Source of the DNA: Felis catus
Taxonomy: Eukaryota
DNA length: 64,000 bases
Direction of reading: 5' to 3'
NCBI RefSeq assembly: GCF_018350175.1
Contig: NC_058383.1
Location: forward strand, 39,308,001-39,372,000
Shown here: in pieces, positions 1 to 11,600 of the stretch
Numbering within the stretch: position 1 is the first letter of the stretch
Layout of the letters: each line of letters opens with the position of its first letter
The notes under the pieces: model-generated
The model's input: the letters and a program-made list of their open reading frames with translations, nothing else
What the model was told of the DNA's origin: nothing
Database searches by the model: none
Translations under genes and position numbers: made by a program

Positions 1-175
1 TGCAGCTGCTGCCGGGTCCTGGCACCCCTGTATCCCGCCTCCTCCACCCCGGGTCTCTGTGTCCACGTTTCCCTCCCCTTAGAAGGACCCCTGCTCTCAC
101 GTGGTCTCACGTTGGTCACATCTGCGAAGACCCTGTTTTGAAGACAGTCACGCTCGTGGGCACTGGGGGTAAAGG
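1..175 (-). mobile_element. MaLR LTR fragment (MLT1-like)
   Basis: Contains ...cacatctgcgaagaccctgtttt...cacgctcgtgggcactgggggt, resembling MLT1B/C LTR in reverse; similar to the copy at 2890-3318. Confidence 0.5.
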
Positions 176-1351
176 CAGACACGGTTCGGCCCGCTGCAGA
201 CGTGCTGCCGAGTCCCAGATCACAGCCCGTCCGGTCCGTCTGGCGGGGCGAGCCCCCGTCAGCATGACCTCGGTGTCTCTCCCGCAGCCACGAGCTTTCC
301 TCAAGCGTCCGGACCGTGGGCGCCCTCTTCCCCGCCACGTGCAGATGATCTGCGTGGGGTATTTGGAGGGCGGGGAGGGGTGCCCGCGTTCGGCATTGGT
401 TAGGGAAGGAGGCACGCGCTCAGAGCAGGGGCAGCCCTGCCCCCACCGCCACCCTGTCCCCAGGGCGCCTGTGACAGCCAGGTCACGCTGGCACGCGGCC
501 TAGGGAGACGACAGGTCGGCCTCCAAGCGTCTGCGTGCACAGGTCCACGTGGAATTGCACCCTGCACACGAGCTTGGTCCTGTTGCTTAACGTGAGGACG
601 CGGAGACGTCGCCTGTGACCGTCCCGTACTTCACGTGTCGGTAACAGGTCACTTCAGCCCCGGACACGCTCCAACCATGGGAACATCTCATTCACTTAGA
701 AACGTTGTGACCACGCGACGGCCCCGCGTGGTGGCCACGGAGCGGCCCCGCCCCGCCTCTGGGCCGGCAGTGTTTGCTGGAAAGCCGCGCCGTGCTGGCG
801 GTCCCCTGTGTCTGCTTCCCCTGCTCTGTGGCGGCTGTGGCGGGACCTGGGGCGTCCACACGGGACCCACGGCCTTCTAGGCCAGACTTTTGTCTCGTGC
901 GTGACCACCCAGGGCAGAGTTCTGGCTCCTCAACTCATTGCTGTCCCTTCCCGTCCTGGCTTGCTTCTGACGGCAGCACCTCCCGGCCTGCGCTGGCGTC
1001 CGCGGCGTTCTTGACCTTGAGGGTAAATCAGAACGTGTGCCCCCTCCGGGCCTCTGAGTTCCCCTGCCCGGGACAGCACTCGCAGCCGTGCCCAGAGCCC
1101 GCTGTTTATGTTCCTGGGGGAGCACCCGACCCTGCCTGCCTGTTTTGCCTTTTCCCATTTGAAACTGGAAAGTAGGAGGAGCTAAGTCCGAGGGAGGTCC
1201 CAGCCTCGGCTCCTGGGGGCCTGATCCTGCCACCTTGAACATGACCTCGCCCCCACTGTGTCTTGAGCGCCTGTGGGCTCCCGGGCCCCAGGAACGGGTT
1301 GCTGCCAGGAGATGGACGGTGACGGGGCCCCTGGCTCCTTCACTCCGTTAG

Positions 1352-4263
1352 GACTGCCCCGGGATCTTCTCGGCTGGCCTGGACCTGACGGAGATGTGCG
1401 GGAAGAGCCAAGCGCACTATGCCGAGTACTGGAGGGCCGTGCAGGAGCTGTGGCTGCGGCTCTACCTGTCCAACCTGGTGCTGATTGCTGCCATCAACGT
1501 GAGTGTCCCCACTCCTGAGTGGCCTCGCTGGCTCACCAGAGCCAGCCCAGCGCACGGGGGGGCATGAAGAGCTCCTGTCCTTGGGAAGGCTGGGAAGGGA
1601 ACAGTTGGGGGAGACCCTCGGATGTGCACAGGGGAGCCTCCGCTGCAGACAGGCGTGACCTGGTGACGGGGTACTTCGCGGGGCGGGGGCAGGGACCAGG
1701 GCACGTGGTCGACGCGGCCCAGCAGGAGGGCTTGTATAGGGAGAGGGGCTTGAGGAGGGGATCAGATTCACATCTGGGAACATCGTTCCTGTCTGCCCTC
1801 GAGAAGGTAGGGGCTGTTCACGCTCAGGAACCGGTGTGCCTGAAGACAGGGGACACCCCAGGTGAGGTGCCAGAAGGGTCTGAGCCAGGGGACGGGAGGG
1901 TGGCGAGAGTCAGGACGACCCACGAGGCGCGTGACAGCCGACGGCAGCTTGCCGTCTCTGTTCAAGGCAGTGCGGTGCGTGAGATGAGGGCGGTGTGAGT
2001 TTGGGGTTCCCAGGACATCCCGCTGGGGATGGCGATGGGTCCCGTGGGCCGTGACAGGTTGTGACCACTCCGGCCGGATGCTAGTTTGGCGTTTTAGCAT
2101 CCGGACCGAAGCCGTGAAAAGAAAGACGGCTTGCCACCCAGACAGGAGGGAGATTTTCTGGCCCCCGAGAGCTGGTGGCCCTACGAGGTGACGGGGCTGA
2201 CGGGCAAGCCCGAGTCCGTGTGGTGCACGGCCAGCCCAGCCGGTGTGGGTGCAGCACCCCGGGGGCGCACACCCACCGTGGGACCTGGCTCTCCGGAGCG
2301 CGGTCGGGATGCGCCCCCGCAGCACCAGAGCCAGACGGCGCATCTTCCCCCGCAGGGAGTCAGCCCTGCGGGAGGCTGCTTGATCAACCTCACCTGTGAC
2401 TACCGCGTCCTGGCGGACAACCCCAAGTACAACATCGGGCTGAACGAGACTCTGCTGGGCATCGTCGCCCCCTTCTGGTAAGGCCGGGGGCTGGGCCCGC
2501 ACTCCGCTCTGCCCTGGGCGAGCCCGTCTGCCTGGGAGCCTCCAGCAAGCGAATTGTGTTCCAGGTTTAAAGACACCCTGGTGAACACCGTCGGCCACCG
2601 CATGGCAGAGCGCGCCCTGCAGCTGGGGCTGCTCTTCCCGCCCGCGGAGGCCCTGCGGGTGGGCATCGTAGACCAGGTGGTGCCCGAGGACCAAGTGCAC
2701 AGCACGGCACTGTCGGTGATGGCCCAGTGGCTGGCCATTCCAGGTGAGGGGCACAGGGAGGGGCTGCAGGTGTGCGCACCGACGGGCGAGCCTCCCCCCG
2801 CCACGGCCGGATGCTCTGGTGAGACCAGAGCCTTCACGCCAAGGTGCTCCGTGCAAGTCGTGGACGTGCCATTTATAAGAGCAGACTTAGTGTCCTGAGG
2901 TCACTGTAACAGATGACCCCGAGGTGGGAGGAGGTGCTTAAAACAACAAAATGTGTTCTCAAAGTCAGCAGACCAGGAGACCAAAATCAGTGTTGGGGCA
3001 GGGCGGTGCTCTCTCCAGAGGCCCTAGGGGAGGCTCCTTCCTGCCACTGGGGGCTCCAGATATTCCTTGGCTTGTAGATGCGTCGCGCCCAGCTCCGCTT
3101 TCCCCTTTCCCCTTCACATGGCCTCCAGTTGCACACCCCCCCCCTTTCTCCTCTTAGGACGTTTGTGGCATTTAGGGCCCACCCTAAAACCCACGATGAC
3201 CTCATTCCATCTACCTCCACAGAAACCCCTTTCCAAATAAGGCCACAGGCACAGATTCTAGAGCTGCGCTGTGGACTTGTATGGATCTTTTGGGGGGTCC
3301 ACTGTTCAACCCACTGCACAAGTAGAAACAGCCTGCGTGTCCGTTTATAGAAATAGGGCTGGTGACGTCAGCTGTGACGGAGCCCGGAGGTCAGCGGACC
3401 GTGTCTAAAGGGCCGGGTGGATCTTCAGCCTGGTGGGTCAGTGTCCGCCACACTGTGGTGTCGGAGCACGGAGGCCGCCAGAGCCCGTGTGTGTTCAGTA
3501 GAACGGGCGCCCCTGATACCTAAATTTCATATAATCTTCACGTGTCCCAAAAATGTCTTTTTTTCAGTTCTTTTTTTCCAATTATATAAAAATGTAAAAA
3601 CCGGGGCACCTTGGTGGCTCAGTAGGTTAAGCGTCCGACTCTTGATCTCAGCTCAGGGTCTCGAGCTCAGGGTCGTGCGTTCAAGCCCCACGTTGGGCTC
3701 TGCCGTGGGTGTGAAGCCTACTTTAAAAAAAAAAAAAAAAAAAGGAGAAACGATTCTTAGCTCACGGGCCACGGGGGCCAGGTTTGCTGACCCCTGACAC
3801 AGACACACGGCTACATGCTGTGCCGCTGTTATTTACGTCGTAAGAGAACCTGTAGTGGAGGGAAACTATCCCCCATAGTATACTTGAGTGAGAATAACAG
3901 GATAAAAGGCAAGGCACCCTGGATGTTTTTCAAGGAAATGGGTAGGCAGTGGGGAACAGGTGATTTTCATTTTTTTCTTTGCTTAGTTGTATTTTCTCAG
4001 TGTCCTGGCAGAGCTTCTGTTGGAAGTCTCTCGGAAAGGTTGGGCACGATACGACCGTCTTGGGGTGGGTTCTCACACACGGACCCCTTTCTGTAGACCA
4101 CGCTCGACAGCTGACCAAGAATCTGATGCGCAAGCCCACAGCCGACCGCCTGGTCAAACAGCGCGACGCGGACATCCAGTACTTCCTCCAGTTCATCTCC
4201 AGGGACTCCATCCAAAAGTCCCTGCGCGTGTACTTAGACAAGCTCAGACAGAAGAAAGGCTAG
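1352..4263 (+). CDS. ECI1: Enoyl-CoA delta isomerase 1, mitochondrial (3' part, last four coding exons)
   Basis: Exons 1352-1498, 2356-2477, 2565-2743, 4097-4263, all GT-AG and in frame: DCPGIFSAGLDLTEM...AIN/GVSPAGGCL...IGLNETLLG...(catalytic Glu region)...DHARQLTK...RQKKG*; crotonase-fold motifs; 5' exons lie before the window. Confidence 0.97.
2890..3318 (-). mobile_element. MaLR solo LTR (MLT1B/C-like) in ECI1 last intron
   Basis: Typical MLT1 segments ctgtaacagatgacc, cttaaaacaacaaaat, ccttggcttgtagatg, ttagggcccacccta, ttccaaataaggccaca, ttcaacccactgca. Confidence 0.7.
3385..3796 (+). mobile_element. MER58B-like hAT-Charlie DNA transposon relic, interrupted by a SINE
   Basis: aatttcatataatcttcacgtgtc...aaaaatgtaaaaacc [SINE] attcttagctcacgggcc...tttgctgacccctg matches the MER58B 3' half and terminus. 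Confidence 0.65.
3603..3743 (+). mobile_element. CAN-SINE, short old subfamily
   Basis: ggggcaccttggtggctcagtaggttaagcgtccgactcttgat... tRNA-like head with A/B boxes, no (CT)n, poly(A) tail. Confidence 0.9.
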
Positions 4264-4568
4264 GGTCCGGGCCGCGCACGCGGGGTTTGCACCACATGTG
4301 GCCTTCTGGGGGCCCTCTTCTTCCAGTAGGTTTTAAGCAAGGTATTTTCCGATTTCAAGGTACTTTCAGCTCTTGGTCTCGCTGGTCTGTTCCTGGTAGC
4401 TAGTATCCCAAGGCCACTGCCCCCCAAGAGCGCCTTTTCCGCCTGGCAAGTGGGCACGGCGGATCGGGGGGCGGCATCTCTGTTGGGGAACCGTGAACTG
4501 GCAGGAGGGGCAGTGCAGGATTCAGCGACATCGCTGCTGAATGTCCCCTTTCCCCGAGCAGAAGTGTG

Positions 4569-4574
4569 AATAAA
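4569..4574 (+). terminator. Poly(A) signal of ECI1
   Basis: First AATAAA ~305 nt after the stop codon. Confidence 0.75.
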
Positions 4575-5120
4575 GTCCTCACGTTGTCCCGTAACTGGCT
4601 GCCCGGCCGCCTGACTGCTAGGGGCACGTGACCAGCCCGGTGTGGGCCGGTGAGCCGCACGGGACCCCCAGAGGAAAGCACTCTGGCCACCCCATCTGCC
4701 TGTTTGCGTGGAGGGGGCACAAAGGTTCAGAGACCGGGTGCTTGGGAAGCAGGGAGGGGTGAGCCCGTCTGTGCCACAAGCGCCCCGGCCTTACTTTAGA
4801 AAGGTGACCTGAGAAAAAGTCACGCGGGCTCTTGAAGCAAACGTATGTCCTCCACACAGTTCAGGCCAGTTCCCAAAGTTGCCAAACGTGAGATGTTTCC
4901 CAAACCAGCAACCTCCCTGGGCCTGTCAGTCTCACCCTGTCCCCCATTCATGCTCGTTCCCGATCCTGATCCACAGGCCACAGTTCTCCCCAAGTCTTTG
5001 TCCAGCCCAGGGCTCCTGAGAAGGAACCCGCCCCGCCTGGGCGAGGCGTCCTGCCTGCTCGCCCCTGAGGGAGAGAGAGGGCGGCAGGGACTGTGAGGTT
5101 GGCCCTGTCAGCACTGCCCG

Positions 5121-5122
<2 letters not shown>

Positions 5123-5165
<43 letters not shown>
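5123..5165. repeat. (TG)~21 microsatellite
   Basis: Perfect TG run between the convergent ECI1 and DNASE1L2 3' ends. Confidence 0.98.
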
Positions 5166-5168
<3 letters not shown>

Positions 5169-5434
5169 CAGCTGCGCTCAGCACGAGTCCTCGGACGCAT
5201 TTACGGTTGGCACGGAGGGAAAGCAAGCACACTCGGGAGCTGCATTCTAGAGCCTGGTCTGGAGGGCGTCAGTTCCCAGCAGGGTGTGACACGGGTGGGC
5301 CGGGCCATCCCTGTTCCCCTAGAGGGCTGGGACCTGGGACCCACTGGGCTGCAGCACCAAAGTCTGGGCCTCACAGGGGTGGAGTCCTAAGAAAGGACAC
5401 GGAGGCCTTGAAGCCGACCATTGTGTGGTCCTGG

Positions 5435-5580
5435 CTAAGCGCTCACTCCCGTTTATTGAGCACAGCCACGCGCCCGGCACCCTGTAGGTGCTCCTCACAA
5501 GGAGGAGAGATGTCGTAGCCCATTTTACAGATGGGGAGACAGGCTGAGTGGGCCTGTGATGTGTCCACAGCCTCTTGTCC
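5435..5580 (-). mobile_element. MIR fragment carrying the likely DNASE1L2 poly(A) signal (5452-5457)
   Basis: tttattgagcac...ggcac...cccattttacagatggggagacaggctgag is MIR core-like; tttatt = AATAAA on the minus strand. Confidence 0.65.
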
Positions 5581-5703
5581 AGCCAGCCCTGCCCCACGGC
5601 TTGCTGGGGCTTGGCCAGCCATCCGGAAGGAGATCTGTGGGGGCCAGAGTCCTCCTCAGGTCGAGTCTGGAGGCAGCGGGCCCTGACCAGGCCTTGAAGG
5701 TTT

Positions 5704-7335
5704 TCAGTGGGACTTCAGGGTCACCTCCACAGGAAAATGGTCACTGATGGCAAGGGCCTGGAGGGAGAGGAAGTGGGGCCTGCTGGGCAGCCTCTCCTCC
5801 CTTGCAGGCTCCACCCCCTCCACCTCCCACCCCTCCACACCCCCACACCCCGCCCCGGGGGGGGGGGGGGGGCCGCGGGCATCTACAGACCACTGTGCTG
5901 CCTGCAGGTGGCATGGGGCACGGACTGGGGACCCCACTCCAGAAGAGGCCAAGGGCATCTCCTCCCGCCATCCCACAATTGTTCCTTTCGGCTAGAACTG
6001 AGCCCCTAAGGGTGCTTCCGAGACACTAGTGCGGGGAGGGGCGCCCCCGGCCCTGGGCAGCAAGACACTGGCCACCCCCACACCCGTCAGTTCCCCCCCC
6101 CCCCCACGCCCACCTGAGTCTGGTCCAGGCCGAACTCCTCCTGGAAGTCGTGCACAGCGGCCGACTGGGGCTTCAGGCTCCTGCGCAGGCGGGCGCCGCA
6201 CACCACGATGCGGTCGTAGGCGCAGTCCGAGTTGCCCACCGTGGTGTCCGCGCTGTCCGGGATGAGCCACTTGAAGACCTCGCTGCTGCGCAGGCGGATT
6301 GCCGGCCAGTCCTGCGCCCTCACGTAGCTGCAGTCCGCATTGAAGTCGCCCAAGAACAGCAAGTCCTGCGGGGCCGCGAAGCCGGGGCTGAGCCCGCGAG
6401 AGGGACGCGCCCCCCACCCCCACCCCGGACGCGCCCGCTGGGGGCGGGAGCGGGACTTACGTCGGTGCCCCATTTGTCGATCACGTCCAGGTACACGTCG
6501 TAGAGAGCGTCGATCTCCGCCACGGCCTGGTGCGGCGCCGCGTGCAGCGGGATCAGCACGAGCTCCCCGGCAGCTGCGGAAGGCGCGTGTCAGAAGCGGG
6601 GGTGGGGCGGGGCGGGGGCGGGGCCGCGGAAGGGGAGGGGCGGGGCCTTACCCGAGCCGGGGGCGGAGAACTTGACCACGAAAGGTTCCCGGCTGAAGGC
6701 GTCCTCCGGGTCCGGGTACTGGTACGTGTCCACCACCGACACCGCGTCCTTCCTGGGGGAAGGAGACTGGTGGTGGCGCTGAGCCGGCCCCCTCCTGCCC
6801 TGCGCGCCCAGGCCCCGCCGCCCCGCCCCTCACCTGTAGACGAAAAGGTACATTTCTTTGTACTGGTCCCGACCCAGGGGCTCGCTGCTCACGAAGCTGT
6901 ACTCGTGCCTGGACAGGCTGCGGAGACAAGGGCCAGGCCCGCGGTCAAGTCACCCGCCGGGCCCTGCGAGCCCGGCCTGGACTCCGAACGCTGGACCCTG
7001 TCCCCCGCACCTGTTGATCTGCTCCATGAGCGCGGACACGGCGCTCAGGTCCGGGTCTCGCACCTCCTGCACCAGCGTGATGTCATAGCCAGCCACGATC
7101 TGGGGGAGGGACCGGCAGGTGCGGGGTCACGCGCCGGCGGAATCACCGGAGAAGCCCAGCTGTGGCCCCGCCTCCCGGCCCCTGGCCTCACTTGCGCAAT
7201 GACACCGCCGCAGGCTGGGTCCGACACTTTGCTGTCGCCAAAGCTCTGGATGTTGAAGGCTCCGATGCGCAGCGCCGCGGCCCCGGCGGCCCCCAGCGCC
7301 CAGAGCGCGGCCATTAGGGCGCGGAACCCACCCAT
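5704..7335 (-). CDS. DNASE1L2: Deoxyribonuclease 1-like 2 (278 aa)
   Basis: Exons 7335-7192, 7099-7011, 6917-6834, 6752-6652, 6573-6461, 6365-6114, 5757-5704 = 837 nt; signal peptide then LRIGAFNIQSFG, LHAAP, GDFNADCSY, SDHFPV DNase I motifs. Confidence 0.97.
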
Positions 7336-7634
7336 GGCGCGGAGCGGGCGGCTGGGAGTGACAGAGACGCTCCTGAGCTCGAATCTGGAGTCAGACACAC
7401 CAAGCCGCCCCTCTCCGCCCCAGCCCCGGGGCCACGGGGGCCGGTGAGAACGCTTGACACAGAGGTTCCCTGCGTCTCCATGTCTCCCCAGTGGTGCACT
7501 AGGCTTACCGTGGCCCTTCTCCATCGTAGGGAAACTGAGCCCCAAATACAAGCACCCCATTCCCATCCAGCCCCCTGGTCAGCCCAGTCCTCCCCAGCCA
7601 CGGCACCCCCACACAGGCCGACTCCATCACTCAC

Positions 7635-7740
7635 CTGGGATGCGGATGGGGCAGCAGCCGAGGCTCAGGATCTAGGTCAGAGATCCAGGCTGGGGGTGTG
7701 TCTGTGGCACAACACAGACTCCTTGCTTGGTGGGGCAGCA
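7635..7740 (-). other. DNASE1L2: Probable non-coding first exon of DNASE1L2
   Basis: Strong donor CAG|GTGAGT at 7635/7634 and acceptor ctgactccag| ahead of 7384; no ATG in the segment; 5' end is a guess. Confidence 0.45.
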
Positions 7741-8472
7741 GTTCTGGTGCCAGGGCTCAGGCGGGTATTTGAGGCCCTGGTCCAGGGAGGGGCTGGACTG
7801 CTCTGGGTCCGCCCCCTCAATGAAGTTGGACGCTGGAACTCCTGGTGGCCGGTCCCAGGGAGAGCCCTGACGGCCAGGTGGCAGGGGCATCCACCCTGGG
7901 CCTGCTCTGGTGCCCCCAAGCCCATCAGAAGCGGGACTCCGCAGACTCTGACCGCCTCCCAGCACCATGTCAGGACTGGATAAGAGGGTCAGCCATCCAA
8001 GGTCCAGTCCTTGTTCCTGTCCTCCCCCCACCCCCCAAAACTAGGTCATCCAAAATCTCCCGCCTTCAGTGGCACCTTCTGGGAAAACAACGCAGTGCAG
8101 GCCTGTCCCCCCACACGCTGTCACCTCAAGGGAAAAAGCCTTGGTCCCCTGTCCCAACAGACAGCACCAGGGCCGGAGGCGGGGAAACGGCATCCCCTTC
8201 CACCCACCTGGGGGGGGGGCTCAGGAAGCTGGAGTCACGACTCCCACTGGGCAGGGCAGCAGGAGGAGGCTGCCTGTCCACATGCCAGTGACACCCACAC
8301 ACCGCCAAGGTGCCGCCAGCCCCTCCGGAGCCCTGGGCGGGGCGGCCTGGCATGAGAGTCCAGAGGGTGGCCCGGGCAGGCGTGCTGCCACAGGGAAACC
8401 TGCCAGGACAGTGGCCCCAGACCCCGAGGCTGCCGCTGCCACGGCAACATCACAAGTGGCAGATTTTCACGT

Positions 8473-8478
8473 TTTATT
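8473..8478 (-). terminator. Poly(A) signal of E4F1
   Basis: AATAAA on minus strand ~125 nt after the stop codon. Confidence 0.8.
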
Positions 8479-8601
8479 GTAAAGCAACAAAAAACTATTT
8501 ACACTCCCACATCCCCTCTGAACACCTGAATTCTGTGTTCTTTCTTCTCTGGGCCCTTGCCCCTACCCAGCCCAGCCCCCAGGACCCTGCAGGCGGCCAC
8601 G

Positions 8602-11600
8602 CTAGACAATGACCGTCTGCACCTCGAGCTGGCCCTCCGGTGAGGCGATGACCAGCTCGCCCGCATGCTCTAGGATTTCAATGTCCTCCGACGAAACCAT
8701 AGTCACGGTGGCCTGCTCGGCGCCATTTGCACCCGCACGGGCCGTGAGCACGGTGCCCTCGCTGATGGCCGAGGCCAGCGTCATGGCCACCTGTTCCGTC
8801 AGGCTCTCAGGGGTGGCGATGGTGATGGTGTCGGCGGCAGCCGCCTCTGGGCCCAGCCCCGCCTCCTGGTCCATAGTCACATTCTGCACGATGATCTGGT
8901 GCCCGGCGCTGGCCTGGTGCACGATCTGCTGTACCACCTTCATGATGTGGCTGTCCACCTGTGGGGGGCTCACCGCTCAGCTCGCGCTGCGGAGGGGCGG
9001 GGACGGGGGCCCACACCACCCTCCTCGGCCCTCCCCCAGCCCCTCACCTCTGTCTGGGCCCCCTCAATGATCTCCGCGGCTTCGCTAGCCTCCGCGTCGT
9101 CCGCAGCAGCCTGGACACGGGTCAGAGGTCAGCCGACCCCAGGGGAGGCTCCCCCACGCCACCGTCCCACCCCGCCCCTGCCGCACCCACCTCAATGATG
9201 TACTCCTGGGTGTCGGCCACGACGGAAGAGAACTCAACCAGCACGGCGTGCGGGTCCTCAGTGAGGACTGCGGCGGCGGCCGCGGGGCTCTCCTCGGCCA
9301 CCAGCAGCTCCTCCACCTCCAGCAGGCAGCCGCCTGGGGCGGGGGGGGGGGCTTGGTCAGCACGCCGGGCACCCCTCCCCGCCCTCGCCCCCCACCGCGC
9401 CGGGCCCTGACCTTTGGTGCGCAGGTGCCGGTTGAGGGTGCCGTGCTCGGCGAAGCCCCGGCCACAGCGGTAGCACTTGAAGGGCTTCTCGCCCGTGTGG
9501 TGCCGCACGTGCCGCACCAGGGAGCCCTTCTCCCGGAAGCCACGGCTACAGAACGGGCAAACGTGCGGCTTCTCCTCCAGGTGCGTCCGGAAGTGCACCT
9601 GCTGGGCGTTCTGTGGACCCGCACCGTCAGTGCCGGCCTGGCCTCGGCCTCTGGGCCAGGCCGGAGGGGCTGGGGGAGGGGCTGTGTGGTCAAGAGGCAG
9701 GGACGGGACAGGGATCTGGCCCAGGAGAGGGGAGCCCTTGGGTCAGGGGTCGGGGCCCGAGCACCCACCTTGGTCTTGTAGCACTTGCCACACTCAGGAC
9801 ACGGATAGGGCCGCTCATCTGAGTGGACGCGCCGGTGGCCGCGGACATGTGCAATGGTCTTGTAGAGCTTCCCGCAGTCTCCGCAGCGGAAACGTCGCTC
9901 GTGCACGTGAACCTCCTGGTGCTTCTTGAGCAGGTAGGCCTTGGGGAAGGCCTTGCCACACTGCACGCATGTGAACGGCCTCGGCCCTGGGGCCGCACGG
10001 GATGTCAGGCCGGGTTGCCACCCAAGGGCCCCAAACACACATCCTGGCTGGCTGCCAGGTGCCCCCCACTCCTGCCACCCACCTGCGTGGCCCCTTTTGT
10101 GGGCCTCCAGGGTGGCCGCCGTCGGGAAGGTCTCACTGCACTGAGGGCACGGGTGGGTCCTAGGCACGGCTGAGGGCCCGCTGGCCACCTGCTGGCGGGC
10201 GGGGGGAGGTGTCCCAGCATGCCTCCAGCACCCACTGCGGGCTGGACCCCAGCAGCACCGGGAACAGAGCCGTGGCACCCCCCACACCGGCAAGCTCCAC
10301 CATGAGCCCAGGGAAGGCAGTAAATGGGGGAAAATCACTGCAGAAAGTGGCTCAATGTTTCCACCCCAGGGAACACAGCAAGGACGGCTCCAGGGCCAGG
10401 GTCGTGACCCTGTACCCAAGGCCTGACCCCCAAAGGAGCTCGCCAGCGGCGCAGGCACCTACTGTCTCCACTGGCTCCACCTCCAGCAGCGGCAGCTCCG
10501 GGGGACCGTCTCCCAGGGGCTGGGGACTGGGCGCCGCGGGAGGGGCTTGCTCCAGGGCCCCCTCTTCTCCAGTGACACGCTCAAGGACAATGCCGGAGTT
10601 CTGCATGGCCTGGTGCAGCAGGTTCTCACGGCCACCCTCACCGGAACAGGGAAGCTCCTCGGAGCCGGGGGGCTGTGGGCAGGCAGACGGAGGGCAGCTG
10701 GGCAGGCAGAGACACTCGGTACCCACTTGCACGCACTACACGGAGCAGAGCCAAGGGGCCCCAGGGGCACCGTGCATACGTCTTGGGGAGCCCCACAGCC
10801 CATTCCACCTCACCTCCAGCTCCCTGTCCCTCACCCCTCCCTGCCCTCTGGCATGCCATTGGTCTCCTGTCTCCCCTGCAACCACACTGAGCACCAGGAA
10901 GGCAGGCCAGCTTGGTCCCGTTCCCGCTGGAGCCAGTGACCGGCACAGAGCCCGGCACTGAGCGGACAGAGGCCAGCCCCTGACCTGCCCGCACCTCTGG
11001 GGCCAGGGCTTTCATGCCCAAGGGAAGTTCTTGCATCTGGACGTGGACTTCGTGGATGACAGTGCCCTTGGCGTCTGTCACCAGGTGAATCACAGGCGAT
11101 GTCTCCATAGGTTCGCCCGTCACCGATGATGATGTAACGGTCCCCACGGTGGAGGCGCCAGATCCTTTAAGGCAGAACCAGGAGAGTCCCTGAAGAGACC
11201 GCTGACCAGGGCAGCACCCAGGCCCGGGCCAGGGCGGGGAGCCCCTACCTCGCGGACCTGCAGGCGTGTCCTCTTTGCCCACAAGCACGTCCTTGCTCGC
11301 GCTGAAGCGAATCTTTTCGGTGCACGGGGTCAGAGACTTGAGGTGCCGGGTCAGCGCACCCGACTCCCGGAAGCTCTTCCCGCACTTGGCGCACTTATAG
11401 GGGCGCTCATCTACAAAGAGGGCAGGGTCAGCCCCGGGGCCAAGGGGCAGGCAGGCCCCCAGCCACAGCCTCACGTTCCCCCCAGAGGCAGGTGCCACAA
11501 GGCCGGCTCACGGCCGCCTCCTGGCTCACCCGTGTGCCGCCGGTGGTGCCGGATGAGCGAACCCTTGGTCCGGAAGGACGCCCCGCACAGCTTGCACTCG

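Noticed and set aside
470-720. Possible decayed L1M fragment in ECI1 intron
   Set aside because: Too degenerate to assign by eye
6530-7447. 305-aa + strand ORF opposite DNASE1L2
   Set aside because: Low-complexity Gly/Arg/Pro product expected from stop-poor GC-rich DNA
10241-10271. RE1/REST-like CAGCACCGGGAACAGAGCC
   Set aside because: Mismatch in the GGACAG half-site and located in an intron of ubiquitous E4F1
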